The notes under the pieces: generated by a model
Seen by the model: the letters and a program-made list of their open reading frames with translations, nothing else
Database searches by the model: none
Told to the model about the DNA's origin: nothing
In this document: piece by piece, positions 19,326-26,736 of the stretch
Numbering within the stretch: the stretch's first letter is position 1
How the letters are laid out: every line of letters begins with the position of its first letter
Assembly: GCA_964619725.1 (NCBI GenBank)
Contig: CAZUFC010000047.1
Span: forward strand, 1 to 56,982
Length of the DNA stretch: 56,982 nucleotides
From: an uncultured bacterium
GTDB taxonomy: Bacteria > CSSED10-310 > CAZUFC01
Reading direction: 5' to 3'
Program-made: the position numbers and the translations under genes

Positions 19326-19619
19326 CTAAGCAGCCGTCTCGTCATTCCTGTTGGCTTCCTCAGCCAATGACATCAGCTCCATGAATTCTTCTATCTGTCC
19401 ATATATCCTGTCGACCCACTTCTTCGATCCTTCCGGAAATTCCTGCCGCTCCTCATGTATCTCTGTCGCTAACTCCTTCAATTTTTCAATTAATGGCTGC
19501 AATTCCCGGTTCAGCTCTACATTATGACTCCCCTTGTAAGCCGTCAGAGCCAATTGCCTGGTCTCTTCCTTCAATTGCCTTATTTTCGCAGCCTTTTCGC
19601 TTTCAGATTCATGAATCAT
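19326..19619 (-). CDS. Small degenerate DHp-like protein (His replaced by Arg)
   Basis: 97 aa, SD GGAGGGG. Same helical pattern as the two neighbours: 'NRELQPLI' at the H-box, with Pro 24 residues later as in both paralogs. Confidence 0.6.
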   Translation of the reverse strand: MIHESESEKAAKIRQLKEETRQLALTAYKGSHNVELNRELQPLIEKLKELATEIHEERQEFPEGSKKWVDRIYGQIEEFMELMSLAEEANRNDETAA

Positions 19620-19674
19620 TTATCTTCGCTTTCCCCTCCCACAGTAATGCGTTCTTATACTGAAATAAAAGCTT

Positions 19675-20268
19675 TTAACTCGCTTCGACCATCTCCTCTA
19701 CTATGTCCAATAATCGAAAAATCTTCTTACGCATATCCGCCAAATCCATCGGCTTCTTCAAAAATGCATCAGCCCCATAAGACAATATCCGCTCTTTGAC
19801 GTCCGTCTCTACCGCACCCGAAATCGCCAGTATCTTCATGTCCTTCTTATCAGGCATCGACTTTATTCGACGACATACCTCGAATCCATCAAAATTGGGC
19901 ATGTAAATGTCCAATATCAATAAATCATGGTCTCGCTTGCCGATCTCTACCAGCGCCTCATATCCGTCTCTCGCCAGATACACCTCAAAAAACTTCGGAT
20001 AATGGTCCAAAAGCTCCTTTATCGTCAACGCCTCCGGTTCATTGTCCTCCGCTATCAAAACCTTGTAACGAGCCGATTCCAGTCCCGGAGGCACCGGCAT
20101 ATTGTGGCGCTCTATGAATTCAAGAAGATCCTTCCTCTGTATTCTTCTGTGATTTCCAGGAGTCTTGAATGCTTCTAAACTCCCCTGCTCAATCCAGTTG
20201 TAAACCGTTTTTATGTGCACGCCCAGCATCCTGCTGACGTCCTGCGTTGTAAATATCGTTTTTTTCAT
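19675..20268 (-). CDS. Response regulator: excisionase-like HTH (HTH_17) plus receiver domain
   Basis: 'FTTQDVSRMLGVHIKTVYNWIEQGSLEAFKTPGNHRRI' then REC motifs IAEDN, LILDIYMP (phospho-Asp), ISG, FLKKP. Confidence 0.92.
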   Translation of the reverse strand: MKKTIFTTQDVSRMLGVHIKTVYNWIEQGSLEAFKTPGNHRRIQRKDLLEFIERHNMPVPPGLESARYKVLIAEDNEPEALTIKELLDHYPKFFEVYLARDGYEALVEIGKRDHDLLILDIYMPNFDGFEVCRRIKSMPDKKDMKILAISGAVETDVKERILSYGADAFLKKPMDLADMRKKIFRLLDIVEEMVEAS

Positions 20269-20343
20269 TACCGATCCATCCTTCGTTTGATTTACCGATA
20301 ATCAAACTATTACTATATTTACCAATTTTTTTCTTTTTGTCAA
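20268..20343 (-). promoter_or_regulatory. Regulator promoter region with triple direct repeat and inverted repeat
   Basis: Plus-strand TTACCGAT (20268), TTACCGAT (20292), TTACCAAT (20319). Inverted repeat GTTTGATT-N7-AATCAAAC (20285-20307). Minus-strand TTGACA at 20338-20343. Confidence 0.55.
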
Positions 20344-20462
20344 CCAAAATAAAAATTAATCTGAATTTTATGTTTGAACCGGCGCTCTCATTTATCGCTT
20401 TATTATAAGCGGGAGAGAGGATTGCAAGAATCCTTGACGGCATGAAGGGGGGATAAAATTTT

Positions 20463-21008
20463 TTACATTTTTTTTCCGAACTGAAAGAGATTTCCAGCCA
20501 GAAAAATATCTTTCTGTACTTTGGCGAGCGGCTCTGTAATACCGAGAGATTTATTTTTGGATTGATTAAAGACAGCGCCGTTTTCAAGGTTGACGGAGAT
20601 TTCATCGAGATGTTCGAGCGAATTATTACGAATGAGCTTGTCGATTTGTGGATATTGGAGAATGGGGAATCCCGAATTAATGGCGTTTCTTTTGTAGATG
20701 GCGCCGAAGGATTGAGCGATAATGAGCGAGACATTGAGTGCGGCGAAGCAATCGACGGCTTGTTGTCTTGAGGAGCCGGCGCCGAAATTATGTCCTGCGA
20801 CGATGATATCGTGAGGTTTGCAGAGTTCCGGGAAACGAACCCATCCGTTGAGATTTCCGAAAGCATATTGAGCCATTTCCCTGATATCGACGACGGCGAG
20901 ATGCGCGTTGTGGTAAATCATATCAGTATCGATATCAGAGATGAGTTCCCAATTCTGATCAGTGATAAGCCATGCGCGTCCTTCAACGATCATTTTTTTA
21001 TATTCCAT
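20463..21008 (-). CDS. leuD: Aconitase-family small subunit (LeuD/HacB/DmdB-like)
   Basis: DIDTD, AGHNFGAGSSRQQA, AQSFGAIYKRNAINSG; SD AAGGAG supports start 21008. Confidence 0.82.
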   Translation of the reverse strand: MEYKKMIVEGRAWLITDQNWELISDIDTDMIYHNAHLAVVDIREMAQYAFGNLNGWVRFPELCKPHDIIVAGHNFGAGSSRQQAVDCFAALNVSLIIAQSFGAIYKRNAINSGFPILQYPQIDKLIRNNSLEHLDEISVNLENGAVFNQSKNKSLGITEPLAKVQKDIFLAGNLFQFGKKM

Positions 21009-21033
21009 GATATACTCCTTCATGAAGGAAAGG

Positions 21034-22284
21034 TCACAATTGTTCTGGTGAGATCAGGAATCCGGCGAGAGCCGAGGCAGCAGCGACGGCGGGACCAGCC
21101 AGATAAGTTTCGCCGTCACCTTGTTTTCCGGCGAAATTACGATTAGAGGTACTGATTTGGACTTCGTTTTTACCGGTCATTCCGATTTGTCCTGAGGCGC
21201 ATCCTCCGCATCCCGGATTACTGATGACGGCGCCGGCGTCGAAGAAGATATTAATTAAGCCTTTTTCAAGCATTTTCCCATAGATTTCTCTAGTAGCGGG
21301 AACGATTCTGAGCATGACGTTTGTAGCGACCGTTTTACCATTCAGGATTTGTGCGGCTGTTTCGAGGTCTTCCAGGCGGCCGTTGGTGCATGATCCGATG
21401 AAGACGGAATCGACATTGACGTTTTCATATTCGTGAACAGGTCTGCCGTTAACGGGTTTAAATGGCGCTGCAGCCATAGGAGGAAGAGCTTCTATATCGA
21501 TTTCAATTATTTCAGAATAGTCGGCATCGGCGTCTGCAGTGATTTTCGGTACATTCATTTTTGGGGTTCTGGAGGAGCAATATTCCAGAACATCATCATT
21601 GATCAGGGGGAAACCGACAATTCCGCTTAATTCGGTCACCATACTGGACAGCGTGATCCTCGCATCAAGCGAAAGTTTTTCAATATATTCGCCTTCAAAT
21701 TCGACGGCTTTGCCCAAAACTCTGCCCGTACCCAGAGAGCTCAGCGTAAAAAGTATGACGTCTTTGGCTCCAGCCCAGGCCGAAGGCATTCCCTTATAAA
21801 TAATTTTCGTCGTCTCAGGGACCTCAAACCAGGTTTTTCCCGTCTTGAAAGCGAACGTTATGTCCTGGTCGCCCATACCCAGGCCCAGCACGCCGATCCC
21901 TCCTAATATATTCAGATGACTGTCCGTTCCGACAACAGTATCCCCGGGAACGCATAATCCCTGGTCTATCATAACATGAGACCCTATCCCCTCATTTACG
22001 TCGAACACTCGTATTCCGTGTTCGCGAGCGAACAGGCGGCAGATGTGTTGATTGTTGGCGTATGGAATCGTATTCGCCGGAACATTGCAATCAAAAGTGA
22101 AAAAAGTTTTTTCCGGATTCTCAACCGGCGACGAGCCGTATTCGCGCCGGTAATTCTGAACCACATTAGCGCCGGCAAAATCACGGGCGCTCCTCACATC
22201 CAGATTCATCCATACGATATCTCCAGGCTCAGGAACCCGGTCTGAATGAGCCTCAATTATTTTCTGTATTATTGTTTTTCCCAT
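21034..22284 (-). CDS. leuC: Aconitase-family large subunit (LeuC/HacA/DmdA-like)
   Basis: MGKTIIQKI start with SD GAGG, GTDSH, FIGSCTNGR, CGGC, STSNRNFAG; three 4Fe-4S Cys ligands. Confidence 0.85.
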   Translation of the reverse strand: MGKTIIQKIIEAHSDRVPEPGDIVWMNLDVRSARDFAGANVVQNYRREYGSSPVENPEKTFFTFDCNVPANTIPYANNQHICRLFAREHGIRVFDVNEGIGSHVMIDQGLCVPGDTVVGTDSHLNILGGIGVLGLGMGDQDITFAFKTGKTWFEVPETTKIIYKGMPSAWAGAKDVILFTLSSLGTGRVLGKAVEFEGEYIEKLSLDARITLSSMVTELSGIVGFPLINDDVLEYCSSRTPKMNVPKITADADADYSEIIEIDIEALPPMAAAPFKPVNGRPVHEYENVNVDSVFIGSCTNGRLEDLETAAQILNGKTVATNVMLRIVPATREIYGKMLEKGLINIFFDAGAVISNPGCGGCASGQIGMTGKNEVQISTSNRNFAGKQGDGETYLAGPAVAAASALAGFLISPEQL

Positions 22285-22546
22285 TTCATTTCCTCTTTCG
22301 TCGACGTTGTTTATAACCCATTTCAGACGACAGGGAAAAAGTATATCCAATAAAATCGCAGCGTCAACCCATCATGAGTGTTTCGAATTGAATACAACCT
22401 GACCATCGTTATGTTTCCTTTATACACACATCTTTTTGAAAAAAGCGCAGAGAGCGGCCCGGCGCCGGAGCGAAAATGACTGTCGGTTTCCTTTACGTGC
22501 AAAGCGACTGAAGTTTTATCTCTTGCCGCAAATCTTCAGAAATATT

Positions 22547-22563
22547 TTGGCATCAAAATTGCT
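22547..22563 (+). promoter_or_regulatory. Sigma54 (-24/-12) promoter
   Basis: TTGGCATCAAAATTGCT: GG-N10-GC with consensus flanks, ~35 nt before ATG 22599. Confidence 0.75.
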
Positions 22564-22598
22564 CTGTTTTAGATCGGTTTTCAAACGGGAGGTAAACG

Positions 22599-23138
22599 AT
22601 GAGAAAAACGATAGCTGTTTTATTAACGCTTTTGATTATTTATGGAATCGGGATAGCGGGCATCGGCGCCGTAAAGGCAGATGAATTTTCGGAAGATATC
22701 ACTGTTATCGGCAACGAAGAGGGACCCGGTTTTTTCGGACCGCCCTATAAATTCGTCATCCGTTTAGAGCGAGAAAACGGACAGTTCACAGTTCATCCAG
22801 GCGATAAAGTACGGATTAAAGCGATAGTCATAGGCAAGTATGAAGGAAATTCCGATATGTCCGAGCCGATTGAGGAAGCAGTCGGCGTTATAGATTTATC
22901 TCTGGTAGACCCAGGCGGGATAATCTGGACTGAAGGCGACGGCGAAACGCCGCCGGGATGGCCGCCGAATATACCGTGGGTTCGCATATTTGAATTAAGG
23001 ATACCCGACGATGCGCGTTTCGGCAGGCATATGGCTGCAGCCAATGCTTTGACTTTGATTGATGAAACCGGCGAATTCATCACGCTGACGAAATCATTCC
23101 TGCCGTATATGGTGGTACCCCGCGAAGGCGTCCGTTAA
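22599..23138 (+). CDS. Secreted hypothetical protein
   Basis: SD GGAGGT, signal peptide ending VKA, beta-rich 179-aa ORF with no recognised family. Confidence 0.7.
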   Translation: MRKTIAVLLTLLIIYGIGIAGIGAVKADEFSEDITVIGNEEGPGFFGPPYKFVIRLERENGQFTVHPGDKVRIKAIVIGKYEGNSDMSEPIEEAVGVIDLSLVDPGGIIWTEGDGETPPGWPPNIPWVRIFELRIPDDARFGRHMAAANALTLIDETGEFITLTKSFLPYMVVPREGVR

Positions 23139-23298
23139 CACATCCGTTAAAGGATAAATGCGGGCTTGCGATGTAAAACCGTTGTTTAGGCTGCCCGTGA
23201 CCTGAATTTTCGTAAGGGTCAGTAATCCGAATCAGGCGAATAACATTATCGGAGGCTGATCAATCAGACTTACGACTTTTGCGAAACGCTTCTTTTCT

Positions 23299-23472
23299 TA
23301 TCCCTGATGATCCGTTTTATAAGTGTCCATATCCCTGCACCTTCAAGCGCTGCACCCTACTGACTCGCGCAACATAGCGCCGCTATGCTTTCGCAGTCCC
23401 CTGGTCCGCCACGCTTGAATCTGCAGGAATCTGTAAACTCTCACCACGACTTTTTATGAAAAATCGGGGTTA
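23299..23472. repeat. Palindromic MITE/REP-like element, copy 1
   Basis: Arms CCTGCACCTTCAAGCG (23334-23349) and CGCTTGAATCTGCAGG (23412-23427), central CATAGCG-C-CGCTATG. Right end matches 56934-56982 in reverse complement. Confidence 0.7.
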
Positions 23473-23579
23473 AGACTTTTCCCGGCGAAATGGGGTTGAT
23501 AAGGGAAAAAGAAACCGCTAGTATTACCGGTTAAGTTTGGGGAATCGCCCCTTCAATTTCAGCTGATAGGAGAGCAGAA

Positions 23580-24959
23580 ATGAAAGAACGAATTCAGGAT
23601 GTAATCAACAAATTGAAGTCTCGTTGTGATTACCTGGAGATACGCATTGAGGAATTTTCATTAACTCAGATAACTTTACGAGGACAAAAACTGGAAGCTT
23701 TACGGGAGTCCATTGAATTGGGCGGATGTGCACGCGCTTATCACAAAGGCGGCATGGGATTCGTCTCATTCAACAGGCTTGAGGATATGGAAAGTTGTGC
23801 GGCGGAAGCGGTAGAACACGCTCGCCTGGTTGGGCGAGGTAAAACGGAATTGGCTCCCGCTCCGGTAATTGAGGATGACGTTAAAGCGGATATTATTAAA
23901 GACCCTCGTGATTTCAGCCTTTCGGACAAGCTGGATATTCTGAAAAAGTATAATGATCAGATATTGAGTTTTCATGAGAACATCATCACTTCGGGAGTCA
24001 GGTACAGGGACGGTTTCAAGATAGTGTGGTTCGGCAATTCTGAAGGAACGATGATTCGTCAGGAAAAGATGGATGTGGGCTGCAATCTGTCGGCTCGTTC
24101 GGCCAAAAACAACGTGACTCAGATGGCCTACACCAGCGTGGGAAGTTCGAGCGACTTCAATGTGGCGCTGGGCCTGGCAGACAAGCTCAACGACACATGC
24201 GATATTGCAGTGAAATTACTGGATGCGCCGACGATCAAGGCCGGCAAGTATACGACCATATGCGATCCTCATCTGGCCGGAACCTTCGTGCATGAAGCCT
24301 TCGGACACAGCAGCGAAGCCGAGAAGGTATATGAAAATAAAAGGTTGTACGATTTAATGAAATTCGGGACTCAATTCGGATCACCGGTATTGAACATTTA
24401 TGATTCAGGCAAGACCAGGGGCAGTCGCGGCTATTTGAAGTATGACGCAGAGGGCGTAGAGACGGAGAAAACATATCTGATTCGTGAAGGAATTCTTGTG
24501 GGAAGATTGCACACTCGAGAAACTGCAGGCAAATTGAAGGAAAAGCCTACGGGTAATGCCCGTGCCGTCGATTATCGCTTTCCGCCTATTCCCCGGATGC
24601 GGAACACCTGCATCGAGCAGGGTGAGTCGAGTTTTGAAGAGATGCTGGAGGGCATAAAACTGGGAGTTTATGCTGTAGATGCATTCGGCGGACAGTCGGA
24701 GGAGATGTTTACCTTTACTGCCGGGCGGGGATACATGATTCGTGACGGCAAGTTATGTGAAATGGTCAAGAATGTGACATTATCCGGCAATTTGTTTAAA
24801 ACGCTGAAGAATATCGATATGGTCGGCAATGATTTCAGTCAGATAGAAAGCGGAGGCGGCTGCGGCAAAGGCGACGGCAGAACCTTCCAGTTTCCCTTGC
24901 CGGTCGGCGAAGGAGCGCCCCATATTCGAATTCGCGACGTCGTGATCGGAGGTCAGTAA
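23580..24959 (+). CDS. tldD: TldD family metalloprotease
   Basis: HEAFGH metal motif, PTGNAR, PIPRMRNT, C-terminal GCGK...P. Confidence 0.92.
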   Translation: MKERIQDVINKLKSRCDYLEIRIEEFSLTQITLRGQKLEALRESIELGGCARAYHKGGMGFVSFNRLEDMESCAAEAVEHARLVGRGKTELAPAPVIEDDVKADIIKDPRDFSLSDKLDILKKYNDQILSFHENIITSGVRYRDGFKIVWFGNSEGTMIRQEKMDVGCNLSARSAKNNVTQMAYTSVGSSSDFNVALGLADKLNDTCDIAVKLLDAPTIKAGKYTTICDPHLAGTFVHEAFGHSSEAEKVYENKRLYDLMKFGTQFGSPVLNIYDSGKTRGSRGYLKYDAEGVETEKTYLIREGILVGRLHTRETAGKLKEKPTGNARAVDYRFPPIPRMRNTCIEQGESSFEEMLEGIKLGVYAVDAFGGQSEEMFTFTAGRGYMIRDGKLCEMVKNVTLSGNLFKTLKNIDMVGNDFSQIESGGGCGKGDGRTFQFPLPVGEGAPHIRIRDVVIGGQ

Positions 24960-24960
24960 A

Positions 24961-26307
24961 ATGGAAGAATTATTGGAAAGAACAGCACAGCAAACGGATG
25001 CGACAGAAGTATTCCATCTGGATACCACCGTTAATCTTGTTATTTTCGAAAACAACAAGCTGAAGGTATTAAATACGTTGAACAATCAGGGAGCAGCGGT
25101 CAGAGCCCTGGTGAAAGACAAGCTCGGCCAGGCCATTATTTCTGATTTTCGCGATCCTTTGAATCTGGCTCTGCGAATCCGACGTTTAGCGGAGAACGGC
25201 GATCAGGTTGAATATGATTTTGCCGGAAAAGCCGAATATCCCGAACTGAACCTGATCGATGATCAGGTTCGAAAAATGGAAGCAAGCGAGATAGTCAAGC
25301 AGGGGCAGGAGGCCGTGAATATCATTAATGATTACGATCCTGATATTCTGGTTTCCTTCATCGGAGAACGTTCCCTGGATAAGGTTAAAGTAATGACGTC
25401 CAAAGGAGCTGATGCATCTTATGAAAGGATGTTTTATTCTTACGGAATTTTAACCGAATTGGTCGACACCGGGAACATACTCCGCATAGCCAAATACGCC
25501 AAGGGAATATCCATGCCTCGAACATCTGCAGACCTGGCCCGAAATATCATCGAACTCATAAAACTGGGGCGCAACAATGTTTCTTTTAAATCCGGCAAAT
25601 TAAGGGTCATATTTGCTCCGTCGGCTCTGGCCGACGTTCTCATGGCTTTTACAGGCGCGGTCGACGGTGCGCTGGTCGCCCAGAAAGTCAGCCCTCTGAC
25701 AGATCGCATCGGCGAACAAATTCTCGATACCAAAGTCAGCATCCTGGACGATCCTCATCATCCAGACGGCATAATGTCCGCCCCATGTGATGATGAAGGC
25801 ACGCCCACCCGTAAAAAAGCCGTCGTCGACAAAGGTATGCTTAAATCATTCATTACCGACAGAAAATCAGCGGCTCAACTGAACGGCGAACCTACGGGAA
25901 ACGGTTTTCGCGCCATACCCTTCGAACGCTACAAAAGCTTCGCTGTCGGCGTTTCCACTGATTTCTCGAATCTGGTTATGCAGGGCGGATCAACGCATCT
26001 GGAAACTCTCCGAAAAGAAACCGATGTCGGTATAGAGATTCATCAGATCAACGGCATACTCCTCGGCGACCTTATCGGAGGAGATTTTTCCGGCAGCCTG
26101 GAAACCGCGTTTCTTATTAAAAACGGCGAACGCGTCGGACGCGTTAAAGACGCCATGATCGGCGGCAATTTCTATAAAATATTTAAAGATAAACTGGTGG
26201 ACCTGAGCGTCGAACAGGAATGGAGCGGCACTTTCGGCGGATGCTCCGGCGCTTTCCTTTTACCCTGGGCTTGCGCTGAGGATGTCGATATTTCCGGAAG
26301 CGACTAA
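24961..26307 (+). CDS. tldE: TldE/PmbA family protein
   Basis: DDEGTPT, PTGNG, GDFSG; no HExxH; directly follows tldD. Confidence 0.88.
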   Translation: MEELLERTAQQTDATEVFHLDTTVNLVIFENNKLKVLNTLNNQGAAVRALVKDKLGQAIISDFRDPLNLALRIRRLAENGDQVEYDFAGKAEYPELNLIDDQVRKMEASEIVKQGQEAVNIINDYDPDILVSFIGERSLDKVKVMTSKGADASYERMFYSYGILTELVDTGNILRIAKYAKGISMPRTSADLARNIIELIKLGRNNVSFKSGKLRVIFAPSALADVLMAFTGAVDGALVAQKVSPLTDRIGEQILDTKVSILDDPHHPDGIMSAPCDDEGTPTRKKAVVDKGMLKSFITDRKSAAQLNGEPTGNGFRAIPFERYKSFAVGVSTDFSNLVMQGGSTHLETLRKETDVGIEIHQINGILLGDLIGGDFSGSLETAFLIKNGERVGRVKDAMIGGNFYKIFKDKLVDLSVEQEWSGTFGGCSGAFLLPWACAEDVDISGSD

Positions 26308-26426
26308 GAAACACGAAAAACCTCTCATTCGCGTGTTCATTTGCACCCGTCAATCCGTTGCAGTGCGGATAGCCCGCATCTCTCATAAACCAAGACGGTA
26401 CGGATGGCCATATCCCCGCGGATTAA

Positions 26427-26613
26427 GTCCCGCACCGCAGGATGACCACGGACTTTTTATATCCCGCATTGCGGGACCGGAATGTCTTCAAAATCATCCA
26501 GGCCTGCAGCTTCGAGGGGACAGAATCTGAAAGAATCTGAAAGGACTTCTGACGGTTTTTGCTGAGAACTGTACGGAAATAGTACATTTCGATTGCGCTT
26601 GCGATACCGAAAC
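26427..26613. repeat. Cluster of short repeats: REP-like inverted pair, 10-bp tandem repeat, hexamer tract
   Basis: GTCCCGCACCGCAGGAT (26427-26443) and ATCCCGCATTGCGGGAC (26461-26477) are inverted; AGAATCTGAA x2 (26522-26541); CGATTG CGCTTG CGATAC CGAAAC (26590-26613). Confidence 0.55.
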
Positions 26614-26736
26614 AAACGGTCCGCTATCAAAATACGGCGCTGATTCACTCTTTAAGTATCTAAAACGTAAGGACTTATCAGCTTTTTTCGATATCGGGTT
26701 TGACATTCCAGGAGGGAAAATGTTATCTATCGTCAT

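Noticed and set aside
20189-20866. 225-aa alternate-frame ORF over the leuD-like gene
   Set aside because: Ser/Ile-rich shadow frame with no motifs that crosses a promoter region.
22599-26307. tldD/tldE plus the upstream small gene as a RiPP cluster
   Set aside because: No YcaO, radical SAM or precursor-like peptide; the upstream gene has an ordinary Sec signal and is separated by a repeat element.
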